The position numbers were made by a program, and so were the translations under genes. The notes below the pieces were generated by a model that was not told where the DNA came from, did no database searches, and worked only from the letters and a program-made list of their open reading frames with translations. Below are positions 35,491-46,781 of a stretch of 64,000 bases of DNA, piece after piece (position 1 is the first letter of the stretch; every line of letters starts with the position of its first letter). This DNA is from Candidatus Velthaea sp. (GTDB taxonomy: Bacteria; Vulcanimicrobiota; Vulcanimicrobiia; Vulcanimicrobiales; Vulcanimicrobiaceae): NCBI GenBank assembly GCA_965214935.1, contig CBDCCS010000021.1, positions 64,001-128,000 on the forward strand. Direction: 5' to 3'.

Positions 35491-37896
35491 TCAGGTGCGC
35501 ACGAGTTCAACTCGGCGGTTGAGCGCCTTGCCGGCCTCGGTCTGATTCGAGGCAACGGGCTTCGTAAGCCCGAGGCCGGCCGCGTGCAGACGATCGCGTC
35601 GCACGCGATAGCGCGCAACGAGGTCGTCGACCACGGAATCCGCACGGCGCAGGCTGAGGTCGAGATTGTACGCAGCGCCGCCATCGCTGTCGGTGTGCCC
35701 CTCGACGCGTAACGTCCAATCGCGATGAGCCGCGAGCACCTGCGCGATTTGCGCGATCGTTGCTTCGGAGACCGGTTGGATCGTTGCGCTCGCGATGTCG
35801 AAGTGGATGCCGTAGAGTCGCACGCGATGCTGGGATTCGAACGCTTTGGCGAGCGGGATCGAACCGTCGATAAAGATCGTGGCTTCGGCGCTCGCACCGT
35901 ACGGGCCAAACGCCTTGACGGCAAACGCGTGCGATCCGCTCCAACCGTTCGGTAGTAAGACGGTCGCGGCCACGGCGTGCGCGCCGCCTCCGGAAAGTCG
36001 CACGCGAGTGGGCGTCACGCGAGCGGCGAAGCGCGCGTCGCCTTCGATCGAAAGTTTCACATCCTGCTCGATCGTTGGTTTCGCGGTCGAGACGAGCTGC
36101 ATCGGCACGTTGAGAACGACGGCTTTTCCGGCCGGCAGCGCCCGGTCGACCGACGGATACAGCGCGAGCGCGGACGCGACGCGCGCGTTGCAGGGCAGAT
36201 CGGCCCCCGTCCGCTGCGCATACTCTAATTCCGCCAGACGACGGGCAGCGGGAATGGCCGCTTTGAGATCGTCGCGATCGAAGCCGTCGTAAATGATAAG
36301 GCCACGGCCATATCGCGCATACGCCTGCACCCACCCGTTCGCGTGGACGGCATTGGTTGCGAAAAGATGACCGCACCAGTGCGGATCGTCGGTCTTCATG
36401 AGATCCGCGTCGCCAATCTGCTGCGCGGTCGATGCAAGATACGCCTCGACGTCCAGGAAATGCGCCGCGTCGCTACGCGTTGCGCCGAGCGTCGAAGGAT
36501 CCGCTATGGCGAGCACCTTACCACGCGCGCCCATTGCTCCGGTCGCCTTCGTGGAAAAACGAAAGGGCAAAAATGTGTAGTCCGAACGCGAGCACATATC
36601 GGCATCTCGGATGATAAGCTTGTGGCCCGCGCCGATCCAATCCAGCAGCAACCGTTGGCGGCGCGGTGAGAGATCGGTCGAAGCCGAGCAATCGCCGTCC
36701 AAGACGGCGAAATCCGCATGCTGCAATTGCGACGACGCCAGCAACGGTGCAAAATGCCGCTCGAAACGTAAGTGCGGAAAGGCGGCTGCACCGACTTCCG
36801 GTGCATCTTCCGCGAGCACGCGCTCGAAGGTCGCGACGACCGGCCCCGTGCCGGCCGACATCGATCCACACGCGGGCAACGCTCGTACGCGCAGCGCCAG
36901 GATCGGCTGATTGCCGTCGCTGCCGATGAGTACGTTGCCGTTGCCGGCGAGCTGCAACGCGCCGGCGCCCTCGCGTGCTACACCGTCGCTGAGCGGCGCC
37001 TGCCATGGATCGTAGCGATCGAAGCACCGGAACAACGTGAAGCGGCCGTCCTCGACAATGGCGGCCCGCTCGTCGTCGTTGCGGTTCGGCGACGGGGCCG
37101 TGTCCGGAACCCGACCGCGCATCCCGCCGAATTGCGTCGCCGTGCCGGTCGGCGCAAGGTTGAGCCACAATCCGTTGAGCGCACCGGGTTGCGGCGCTCC
37201 GGGCGTCCCGGTCGCGGTCGCCGACGCGATGCGCAGCGGATCGCTCGCGGTCTTCATAACCGTGAAGCGCACGAAACGCGCGTTCGCCCCGATGACGAGA
37301 CTGCGCTCGGTGTCGCTGTCGGCGGGCAGCGCAATCGGCACGATCCCCACATCGCGCAAATGGTGGACGTCACTTCCAATGGCCACCGCAACCCGGGCCG
37401 GCTTGGTGCCGCGCAGCGCGATGCCGACGCGCTCGACATGCGCGATCGCGGGAAGTTCGTAGAGGAACGCGACGGGTCGCTTGAACGACGGCGTGAGGGC
37501 GATGCTGCCCGTGTTCTGCGGAAGATTTTGCGGGCTGTCTTGCAAACCGCCGACCGTCCAACTGCGCACGAACGCGCCATTCATTGCGCTCAACAGATTC
37601 GAATCAGACGCGCGCGACGGCGCGGGTGACGGTGTCGGCGACGGATTGCCGCCGCTCGCAGCTTCGGAGCTCGACGGGATAACCGACGGGACGATCGGAG
37701 CGGTAATGCTTGGAGTCGCCGACGGCGTGGCAAGCGCGACCGGCGTGATCGGAGGCGTCGATGTCGTCGCGGGCGGAGAACCCGAGAAAAAACGGAGCGC
37801 AAAAAGAGCGATCGCGCCAAGCACGACGATCGCGCCGGCGGCTAGCAGACGGACGTTCAAGCGTGGCGACCCCACGGTGATGCCCAGGTCGTGCAC
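35491..37896 (-). CDS. Membrane-anchored multidomain protein with C-terminal OmpA-like peptidoglycan-binding domain
   Basis: N-terminal TM, Pro/Ser/Thr linker, discoidin-like segment (ARFVRFTV), IHFD, VEGHTD, NLDLSLRRA, NRRVEL. Confidence 0.88.
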   Translation of the reverse strand: MHDLGITVGSPRLNVRLLAAGAIVVLGAIALFALRFFSGSPPATTSTPPITPVALATPSATPSITAPIVPSVIPSSSEAASGGNPSPTPSPAPSRASDSNLLSAMNGAFVRSWTVGGLQDSPQNLPQNTGSIALTPSFKRPVAFLYELPAIAHVERVGIALRGTKPARVAVAIGSDVHHLRDVGIVPIALPADSDTERSLVIGANARFVRFTVMKTASDPLRIASATATGTPGAPQPGALNGLWLNLAPTGTATQFGGMRGRVPDTAPSPNRNDDERAAIVEDGRFTLFRCFDRYDPWQAPLSDGVAREGAGALQLAGNGNVLIGSDGNQPILALRVRALPACGSMSAGTGPVVATFERVLAEDAPEVGAAAFPHLRFERHFAPLLASSQLQHADFAVLDGDCSASTDLSPRRQRLLLDWIGAGHKLIIRDADMCSRSDYTFLPFRFSTKATGAMGARGKVLAIADPSTLGATRSDAAHFLDVEAYLASTAQQIGDADLMKTDDPHWCGHLFATNAVHANGWVQAYARYGRGLIIYDGFDRDDLKAAIPAARRLAELEYAQRTGADLPCNARVASALALYPSVDRALPAGKAVVLNVPMQLVSTAKPTIEQDVKLSIEGDARFAARVTPTRVRLSGGGAHAVAATVLLPNGWSGSHAFAVKAFGPYGASAEATIFIDGSIPLAKAFESQHRVRLYGIHFDIASATIQPVSEATIAQIAQVLAAHRDWTLRVEGHTDSDGGAAYNLDLSLRRADSVVDDLVARYRVRRDRLHAAGLGLTKPVASNQTEAGKALNRRVELVRT

Positions 37897-38066
37897 GAGT
37901 TCGTTGAGTCAAATATCGCGTGCGTCTCCGAATGGATGGATGATCGTAGCGTCGCACGGCCGTTGCGAGCCGGCAACCAACGACTCACACAACTAATTCG
38001 CACAAGTATCGCCGACGCTGGACGAGATGCCGCCGGCATGTGAGAGTGGGTCCATTGGAGGGATCT

Positions 38067-38576
38067 ATGTCTGACGTCAAAGGCGCGCTCGTCGCGCTCG
38101 TTCTCGTCGCCGGCGTTCTCGGTTCTACAAGCCAAGTACAAGCCGATGCGATTTCCGATCAAAAACAAGTCTTCGCGAAGCTCGGCATGAAGTTTGAAAA
38201 AACGAACAAATGCACGTTCTTTACCAAAGCCGATGCGGAGCGCGCATTACATGGCCCCGTCGTATATCTCCCATCGGAAGTCGACCCGTCGAATTGCGCT
38301 TGGGCGCTAGCCAAAGATTCGGCGGTTGGGGTCACCGTCTCGCGCGAAACGCCGCCGTTGTATGCGCCCAAACCGGGAACCGCGTACGTTACGCAGATTC
38401 GCCATGTTACGGGCGTCGGTAAGGACGCGTACACCTACTATGCGAACGCGGGCGCCGGCGGCGTGTACACTGCCGATGTTCTCACGGACAAAGGTGTCAC
38501 CAGCGTTGTGCTGCCCGAGAAAGCCGGGAATGCAGCGACCGCCCTCACCATCGCGCGCATGGTCATGAATCGCTAA
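38067..38576 (+). CDS. Exported hypothetical protein with two Cys
   Basis: GGAGG RBS; signal peptide MSDVKGALVALVLVAG...VQA; GVGKDAY. Confidence 0.8.
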   Translation: MSDVKGALVALVLVAGVLGSTSQVQADAISDQKQVFAKLGMKFEKTNKCTFFTKADAERALHGPVVYLPSEVDPSNCAWALAKDSAVGVTVSRETPPLYAPKPGTAYVTQIRHVTGVGKDAYTYYANAGAGGVYTADVLTDKGVTSVVLPEKAGNAATALTIARMVMNR

Positions 38577-38700
38577 GCGCGGAACAAATCCCACGCCGTC
38601 GCGACCGACGCGGCGGCGTGGAGATCTACAATCGATGCACCGCAAACGCGCCCGCAGCGCGAGGCTGCAATCAACAAACTTCGAGTCGAATTGAAAGCGC

Positions 38701-38723
38701 AAATGAACCCCGGAAGCGGGGTT
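38701..38723 (-). terminator. Hairpin downstream of tRNA-Glu, probable terminator
   Basis: Minus strand reads aaccccg-cttc-cggggtt followed by cattt. Confidence 0.55.
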
Positions 38724-38726
38724 GTA

Positions 38727-38801
38727 TGGTAGCGCCAACGGGAGTTGAACCCGTCTCTCCGCCTTGAAAGGGCAGCGTCCTAACCGATAGACTATAGCGC
38801 C
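38727..38801 (-). tRNA. tRNA-Glu(TTC)
   Basis: GGCGCTATAGTCTATCGGTTAGGAC...loop CTTTCAA...GGTTCAACTCCCGTTGGCGCTACCA. Confidence 0.93.
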
Positions 38802-38873
38802 ACGCAGTATGTGTAGACGGCGCGACTCGCCGTTGAGTTGCCGGGCCATCGGCGGAAGCGGCCGCGAGTCTCG

Positions 38874-38945
38874 TGGGCCCGGCTGGATTCGAACCAGCGC
38901 GCTACCAGTTATGAGCCGGCTGCTCTACCGCTGAGCTACAGGCCC
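38874..38945 (-). tRNA. tRNA with CAT anticodon, most likely tRNA-Ile2 (elongator Met not excluded)
   Basis: GGGCCTGTAGCTCAGCGGTAGAGCAGCCGG-CTCATAA-CTGGT...GGTTCGAATCCAGCCGGGCCCA; lacks the initiator GGG/CCC anticodon stem. Confidence 0.88.
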
Positions 38946-39110
38946 GCAAGCCACCGAAGTTTGCCCGCCGGCCGCGCAGGACCCTGCTTATAGCGGCTTG
39001 CCAAGAGCGAGCGGTACAAGAGCTTCTACGCGACATTCCGGCGCCGGCGTGCCTAGTGTATGTTCGCCGTACGGCTTCCCGGTACGATCGGCGCGACAGC
39101 GAAAGGAGCC

Positions 39111-39448
39111 ATGGAATGTTCGCGAGTCAGGGGGCGGCGGGCGCTGCAATTGCAGCGATGCTATTTTGCAATCTCACCATTGTGGCTGCGAGCGGTTCGC
39201 GAGCGGCCGCGCAAACACGCGCGACGGCCGGACTTGGCCCGCCGTTGAGTCGATGGCCGGTACCGGTGTACGCGTCGATACGTCCGATTCCGTCGACCGC
39301 GTTATCGGCTGGTATCGCGCTGCGTTGAAAGACCGCGCTGCTCAATCACGGCCGAATCACGCAACTTGCCGTCGATGGCGGCAGCTATGTGATCAACGTT
39401 CTCAAGAACGGCGCCGGCGGCGCCGGCATTAACGTCATCAAAAACTGA
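39111..39448 (+). pseudogene. Probable frameshifted gene for a small exported protein
   Basis: AAGGAG RBS; signal-like segment in one frame, DTSDSVDRVIGWYRAALK in another, and QLAVDGGSYVINVLKNG...VIKN* back in the first frame after an in-frame stop. Confidence 0.5.
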
Positions 39449-39580
39449 CCGAGCGACACGCAATTCACTGCGCAAAACCTGCGTCGCAAGCGGTAAGCTC
39501 CAACGTGTGTCGCTTTGCTGCAACGACAAGCGACCGATTCTCTTGCAGTTGATTGCATGGCAAGCGCGTACAGGCTCAGC

Positions 39581-41167
39581 ATGGAATCGTCGACACCGTA
39601 TGCCGAACGCGTCGAAGTTCGCGGTAGCTTTCGGCATGCGCCGCCCGTCGCCGAGCGGTCCGGTGCACCGAATCCCGACGATCGTACATCGGTTACCGTC
39701 ATGCTGCGTGCGCGAGTATCGAGCTTGGCAACCGCGCAGCATCTATCGACCGTGGCGCCGGCCGAGCGAACGTATCTTACGCGCGAACAATTCGCCGCAC
39801 AACACGGCGCCGATCCGGCCGACATCATCGCAGTCGAACGCTTTGCGCTCGACGCGGGTTTGCTGATCGTGCAGGCCGATGCGGCTCGCCGCGCCGTGGT
39901 GCTCGAAGGGACGATCGCTGCATTAACCGCGGCGTTCGAGGCGCAACTAGAAATGTACACTCAGGCGGGTACGCTGTTCCGCGGCCGCTCCGGTTCGATG
40001 ACGGTTCCGGCGGCGATCGGCGCGATCGTGCAAGGCGTCTTCGGTCTCGACGAACGGCCGCAAGCCAGCGCGCATTTTCGCTGGCACGCCGCGCGTCCGG
40101 CCGCCGCTGCTGCAACCGCGTTTACACCGATACAAATTGCGCGCGCGTACAATTTTCCAACCGGCGTTGACGGCCGTGGCCAAACAATCGCGCTCATCGA
40201 ACTCGGCGGCGGCTATACGCCGTCCGACCTCAGCACCTATTTTGCCAATCTCGGCGTTACCGCGCCTGTGGTGACGAGCGTCGGCGTCGACGGCGCAAGC
40301 AATACGCCGACCGGAACGCCCAATAGCGCCGACGGCGAAGTCGCGCTCGACATTGAAGTTGCCGGCGCGATTGCGCCCGGTGCCAAGATTGTAGTGTATT
40401 TCGGACCGAATACGGATCAAGGCTTTCTCGACGCGATAACGACCGCGATTCACGACACCGCAAACAAACCGACGATCGTTTCAATTAGTTGGGGCGGGCC
40501 GGAGTCAACGTGGACGGCGCAGGCGCTGCAAAACTTCGACAGTGCGTTTGCCGATGCCGCAACGTTGGGCATCACGGTCTGCGTTGCCGCAGGCGACAAC
40601 GGCTCAGCCGACGGCGTTAGCGACGGCAAAGCACACGTCGACTTCCCGGCTTCGAGCCCGCACGTTCTGGCCTGCGGTGGAACGAGTCTGCGTCTAAGCG
40701 GAACGACCATCAGCAGCGAAACGGTGTGGAACGACGGCGCTACGGGCGGTGCGACAGGCGGCGGCGTGAGCGACGTATTCGCGCTGCCGGCGTGGCAGCA
40801 ATCGGCCGGCGTTCCGCCGTCGATCAACCCGGGTGCGCACGTCGGCCGAGGCGTGCCGGATGTTGCCGGCGATGCGGATCCGCAAACGGGTTACGATACG
40901 CTCATCGACGGCCAGAACGGCGTCGTCGGCGGCACGAGCGCCGTTGCGCCGTTATGGGCCGCGCTCGCTGCGCTCATCAATCACCAGTCGGGCAAGCCGA
41001 TCGGCTTCGTCAACGCGCAACTCTACACGCAACGATCGGCGTTCAACGACATAACGAACGGCAACAACGGAGCGTACTCCGCGCGGCCCGGCTGGGACGC
41101 ATGCACGGGCCTGGGCAGCCCCGACGGCACGCGCATCGCCGCCGTTATCGGCAGCTCGGCAACGTAA
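39581..41167 (+). CDS. S53 (sedolisin/kumamolisin-like) acid serine peptidase with pro-domain
   Basis: GEVALDIE, SISWG, AAGDNG, GRGVPDV, GGTSAVAP, GWDACTGLG. Confidence 0.95.
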   Translation: MESSTPYAERVEVRGSFRHAPPVAERSGAPNPDDRTSVTVMLRARVSSLATAQHLSTVAPAERTYLTREQFAAQHGADPADIIAVERFALDAGLLIVQADAARRAVVLEGTIAALTAAFEAQLEMYTQAGTLFRGRSGSMTVPAAIGAIVQGVFGLDERPQASAHFRWHAARPAAAAATAFTPIQIARAYNFPTGVDGRGQTIALIELGGGYTPSDLSTYFANLGVTAPVVTSVGVDGASNTPTGTPNSADGEVALDIEVAGAIAPGAKIVVYFGPNTDQGFLDAITTAIHDTANKPTIVSISWGGPESTWTAQALQNFDSAFADAATLGITVCVAAGDNGSADGVSDGKAHVDFPASSPHVLACGGTSLRLSGTTISSETVWNDGATGGATGGGVSDVFALPAWQQSAGVPPSINPGAHVGRGVPDVAGDADPQTGYDTLIDGQNGVVGGTSAVAPLWAALAALINHQSGKPIGFVNAQLYTQRSAFNDITNGNNGAYSARPGWDACTGLGSPDGTRIAAVIGSSAT

Positions 41168-41170
41168 CGT

Positions 41171-42568
41171 TCACCTGCGGCGCCACGCATACACGGGGAA
41201 ACTTAGTCCGACGATGACGAGGCCGATTGCCGACGCCACCGGGCTGCTCAGCGCGGTTTGCACGAGTAGCCAGGTACCCACTCCGACGTAAATGACGGGC
41301 ACGAGCGGATAGCCGAAGGTGTGGTAGGGGCGCGGTAATGACGGCTCACGTCGGCGTAACACGAACATCGCGATGCCCGTCAGCACGAAGAACACCCAAA
41401 TATTAAACACGAGATAGTCGCTGAGCGTATCGAACGTGCCGGCAATGACAGTACCGGCGGCCAGCAAGCCGTTGGCGATGACGGCATTGACCGGCACGCG
41501 CCCGTTGAGCGACAGCCGTCCCAAGAAATCGAAACCGAGCCGGTCCTTCGCGATCGCATACGTGACGCGCGCGTTCGTTAATATCGTCACGTGCAGTGTT
41601 GCAGCAACCGACACGAAGAGAAAGACGGCAGCGAAGGTCTGCCACAACGGGCCGAATAACCGCTCGACGACCGTGACGCCGACCGACGCGCCCGGCGCCA
41701 AGCTCGCGATTGCAGCGGGGCTTAACACGTAGACAAAGCTTGCGTTGGCAGCGACGTACAAGGCGATGACGAGCATCACGCTAATGATGAGGGCGAACGG
41801 CAAGTTTCGCCCGGGCTGCTTGACCTCGCCGGCGATGAGCGTTAATGAGTGCCAGCCCTGATAGGCGTAAAGCGCTCCCACGAGCGCGGCGGCGAACCCC
41901 GATGCACCGCCGCGCACGGCGGCATCAACCGCATGACACGCACCACCTGCACCGCTTTGCGTGAAATGCGCGAAGTGTCCGTAGCCCAGACCGAACGCCG
42001 CCAACGGCACGGCAACGAGCATCGCTATCTTCAAGCCGGCCAGCCACGTTGCAATGCCGCCGTTCACGACGGCCGGAGCGCAGTTGATGGCGGTCATAAC
42101 CACGATGAGCGCGATCGCGCCGAGTTGCACGCCCGTTACACCCAGCCGAAATCCGCCGATGCTCGTTGTAAACGAATAGCCGTCGAGCAGCTGCCCGGAA
42201 AACAAATTGAAGAAAATTGCTGCGCCCGCGGCAAGCGCCGCAATCGATGCGGGCGATGCAATGAAGAGCGTCATCCAGCCATACGCAAACGCGATCGCGC
42301 CGCCGTATGCACGGCGCAGAAACGCATAGATGCCGCCCGATTCGGGCAGCGCGGCGCCGAGTTCGCCCAATGTCAACGCACCGCAGAGTGAAAGTACGCC
42401 CGCGACGAACCACGCCGCAAGCATCAATGCCGGCGAACCGACATTGCACGTCATGACGCGCGCTTTGAGAAACACGCCTTGACCGATCATGTTCGAGATT
42501 GCAATCGAACACGCAGCAGCGAAGCCGAGGCTTCGTAGGACGGTCAGCGCTGCGGGCGTCGCTTTCAT
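41171..42568 (-). CDS. APC-family amino acid permease (LAT-like)
   Basis: MIGQGVF, ELGAALPESGG.Y, AYQGW, RPY. Confidence 0.9.
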   Translation of the reverse strand: MKATPAALTVLRSLGFAAACSIAISNMIGQGVFLKARVMTCNVGSPALMLAAWFVAGVLSLCGALTLGELGAALPESGGIYAFLRRAYGGAIAFAYGWMTLFIASPASIAALAAGAAIFFNLFSGQLLDGYSFTTSIGGFRLGVTGVQLGAIALIVVMTAINCAPAVVNGGIATWLAGLKIAMLVAVPLAAFGLGYGHFAHFTQSGAGGACHAVDAAVRGGASGFAAALVGALYAYQGWHSLTLIAGEVKQPGRNLPFALIISVMLVIALYVAANASFVYVLSPAAIASLAPGASVGVTVVERLFGPLWQTFAAVFLFVSVAATLHVTILTNARVTYAIAKDRLGFDFLGRLSLNGRVPVNAVIANGLLAAGTVIAGTFDTLSDYLVFNIWVFFVLTGIAMFVLRRREPSLPRPYHTFGYPLVPVIYVGVGTWLLVQTALSSPVASAIGLVIVGLSFPVYAWRRR

Positions 42569-42593
42569 GCCGGCGTGCGCCTACGCGGACGAT

Positions 42594-43910
<1,317 letters not shown>

Positions 43911-44369
43911 TTACGTGCTCACGAGCCAAGATGCGTTCTCGCTCGGCCGCGAAAAAAGTTCGTCGGGCGAAAACCAAATTGCGATTTCGCGCGCGGCACT
44001 TTCCGCCGAATCGCTGCCGTGCACTAAATTACGTCCGATCGTTTGGCCGTAATCGCCGCGGATCGTACCCGGTACCGCTTTAATCGGATTGGTCGCGCCG
44101 ATCGTCGCGCGGCAACCTTCAATCGCGTCGCTGCCTTCGATAACCATTGCAACGATCGGAGAACCGGTGATGTACTCGATGAGCCCGGCGAAGAACGGCT
44201 TTCCTTCGTGTTCGGCATAGTGCTGTTTTGCACGCGACTCATCGACTTGCAAAATCTTCAAACCGCTAATCTGATAACCGCGCCGCTCGAAACGCGATAG
44301 GACATCGCCGACATGGCCGCGCACCACTGCGTCGGCCTTACATAATATTAGTGTTTTCTCGGTTGCCAT
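43911..44369 (-). CDS. ndk: Nucleoside diphosphate kinase
   Basis: HYAEH.GKPFF, GATNP, PGTIRGD, NLVHGSDS. Confidence 0.96.
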   Translation of the reverse strand: MATEKTLILCKADAVVRGHVGDVLSRFERRGYQISGLKILQVDESRAKQHYAEHEGKPFFAGLIEYITGSPIVAMVIEGSDAIEGCRATIGATNPIKAVPGTIRGDYGQTIGRNLVHGSDSAESAAREIAIWFSPDELFSRPSENASWLVST

Positions 44370-44385
44370 AGCGGGGAGGTGATAC

Positions 44386-45207
44386 GTGCCGAAGCCGACC
44401 GCACCTCTCGACGTGCAAGCGCTGCGCGCGCAGCTTGCACACAGCCGCTTTGCGGACATCCGTTATTCGGAACGAACGGCCAGCACGAACAGCGACGCGC
44501 AAGCATTACTGGGCACGCGCGCTGCGTTCGGCACGACGCTCGTCGCCGAGTATCAAACCGCCGGCATGGGCCGCAAGGGGCGACGTTGGTTCGCGCCGCC
44601 CGGGGCCGCGCTGCTCTTCACGACGATCTTACCGCAGCCGGTCGCGACGCAGGCGCTGTGGGCCGTGCCGTTCTGGATTTCGCTGCATGTCGCAAGCGCC
44701 GTCGAACGAAGCTGCGGCGTCTCACTCGACCTCGTGTGGCCCAACGACTTGCATTTCGGCGGTGGAAAAACCGGCGGTATCCTTTCGGTTGCGCGGATAA
44801 CCGGCGACGATGCATGGATCGGCTGCGGCGTCGGGCTCAACGTGTTTCGGCCGCAAGCCGACGCGGAACTCGACGCCCTTAAACCGCAGCCGGTGTTCTT
44901 AGACGAATGTTGCGCTGCGCCGGAGCGTGAGGCGATTCTCGTTGCAACCCTGCACGCTTTCGATGCGTCGCTCGACGACCTCGCACGTCCCGGCGATATT
45001 GCGGTAAGCTGGGAAGAGCGTGCCGGGCTGACCGGCACCGTGTACCGCTATCGACGCGACGAGGACGGCAAAGAACGCGAAGGGATCGCACAACGGCTCG
45101 GCCCGCAAGGCTCGCTGATCGTACGGGACGCGTCGCGCGAAGTCGCTGTCGATATGGCCGACGTGCGGGTTGTCGGACGCGAACGCCAGCTACCAGCGCA
45201 GCAATAG
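44386..45207 (+). CDS. birA: Biotin-[acetyl-CoA carboxylase] ligase (no HTH domain)
   Basis: STN, QTAGMGRKGRRW, WPNDL, KTGGIL, GVGLNV. Confidence 0.92.
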   Translation: MPKPTAPLDVQALRAQLAHSRFADIRYSERTASTNSDAQALLGTRAAFGTTLVAEYQTAGMGRKGRRWFAPPGAALLFTTILPQPVATQALWAVPFWISLHVASAVERSCGVSLDLVWPNDLHFGGGKTGGILSVARITGDDAWIGCGVGLNVFRPQADAELDALKPQPVFLDECCAAPEREAILVATLHAFDASLDDLARPGDIAVSWEERAGLTGTVYRYRRDEDGKEREGIAQRLGPQGSLIVRDASREVAVDMADVRVVGRERQLPAQQ

Positions 45208-46182
45208 ACCCGCTTCAACGAGTCCGCCGCCGAAACCATAAAGCAGCACGAGATCGCCGCGCTTGATCCGGCCGTCGGCAATGGCGGGAGCAAGCGCGAG
45301 CGGGATTGAGGCCGACGATGTGTTGCCGAACCACTGCATGCTCGTAAGCGTTTTTTCCGGCGCAATGCCGTTTCGTTCGCTCACGGATTCGATCATTCGC
45401 ATGTTTGCACTGTGCGGGATAAACCAATCAACCTGATCGGGTCGCACGTGCGCACTTGCCAGCAGTGCGCCGATGCCGGCCGAAACGTTGGTGAGGACCC
45501 ACTCGTACACCGCTCGCCCATTTTGACGCATGAAGTGTTCGGGCTCGACGATCCCCGCAATCTCTTTCTTCAACGCCGTAAGGAACAGGTGTTTTCCGGC
45601 CGCGCCGTCGCTGTTGAGCCGCCGGGCCAGGATTCCGCTCCCGCTGCCGTCATCGCCGCTTACGAGCGCGGCACCGGCGCCGTCACCAAAAAGTATGCAC
45701 ATCGCCCGATCGCGATAGTCGGTAATCTTGGTAAGTGTTTCGCCGGCGACAACAAGCACGTTGCGCGCGCGGCCGGTCGAAATGAGCGCATCGGCCAAGT
45801 CGAGTGAGTATGCGAAACCCGCACATGCCGCCGAGACATCGATCGCACCGACGTTACGCAGACCGAGCCGGTCTTGCACGATCGCCGCAACGCTGGGAAA
45901 CTGGTAGTCCGGAGAAATCGTGGCCGCGATGACGTAATCGACTTCATCGAGTTTCGAGCCGCTCGCAAGGAGTTGCTCGACGGCACCTAAGCACAAATCG
46001 CTCGTGAATTCATCGGCGCGCGCTTTGCGCCGTTCGCGGATTCCCGTCCGGCGCCGGATCCACGTATCGTCGGTATCGATAAACGCCGATAGATCGTCGT
46101 TCGTAATTCGCTCTTGCGGAACGTACGTCCCCATTGCCGCGATGCGCAAACTCGTGCGCACGGCCGGCGTTTCGATGCTCAC
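45190..46182 (-). CDS. fabH: Beta-ketoacyl-ACP synthase III
   Basis: WIRRRTGIRER, AACAGF, LFGDGAGA, PHSAN, GNTSSASIP, FGGG. Confidence 0.95.
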   Translation of the reverse strand: MSIETPAVRTSLRIAAMGTYVPQERITNDDLSAFIDTDDTWIRRRTGIRERRKARADEFTSDLCLGAVEQLLASGSKLDEVDYVIAATISPDYQFPSVAAIVQDRLGLRNVGAIDVSAACAGFAYSLDLADALISTGRARNVLVVAGETLTKITDYRDRAMCILFGDGAGAALVSGDDGSGSGILARRLNSDGAAGKHLFLTALKKEIAGIVEPEHFMRQNGRAVYEWVLTNVSAGIGALLASAHVRPDQVDWFIPHSANMRMIESVSERNGIAPEKTLTSMQWFGNTSSASIPLALAPAIADGRIKRGDLVLLYGFGGGLVEAGLLLRW

Positions 46183-46191
46183 CGACGGCCC

Positions 46192-46725
46192 TTAGGAGCG
46201 GCCGGCGCGGCTGCGTTTATCGCAGCTATCGCAGAACTGCGAATGTTTGTTATCGGTGTCGAAGATAGAGTTCGAGTAATACATCGCACAGCGCGCATTG
46301 TAGCAGTGCTTGAGCCCTAGCGTGTGGCCGATCTCGTGCACCGACTCTTTGAGTAACCGCTGGAACAGCGCATTTTCATCCGGCGTTTCACCGTAAAACT
46401 CGGCGCGTAAACGGTGGAGTGAAATCACCGCACAACGCTGCGCGCTATTGGCGCTGCCGAAAATGAACTGGTGCGACGTCTTATACAAGTCGTAATCGGT
46501 GATGCCCAACAATATTTCGGCGCGCGGCTCGTAAGCCGCCGCGAGTTTGCCCGCGATCGAGCCGAAGAACAACTGCTTGCGCACGCTGTTGAGCATGCTG
46601 CTTGGCACGCGCAACGGCGCCCGCACGATACACGTGTAGAGAAAGCGCTCTTCTAAACATAGCGCCAAACGCGTGAGCAGACCGGCGTCGATCGAATTGA
46701 TCGGAACGATACTTAGCTCACTCAC
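46192..46725 (-). CDS. Archaemetzincin-family (M54) zinc metalloprotease
   Basis: KESVHEIGHTLGLKHC..ARCAM, FCDSC. Confidence 0.9.
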   Translation of the reverse strand: MSELSIVPINSIDAGLLTRLALCLEERFLYTCIVRAPLRVPSSMLNSVRKQLFFGSIAGKLAAAYEPRAEILLGITDYDLYKTSHQFIFGSANSAQRCAVISLHRLRAEFYGETPDENALFQRLLKESVHEIGHTLGLKHCYNARCAMYYSNSIFDTDNKHSQFCDSCDKRSRAGRS

Positions 46726-46781
46726 GATGCCGAATTCCTCACAGCACGCAGGCGGTCCTTGGCTCGCTGCGCGCGAACCGT

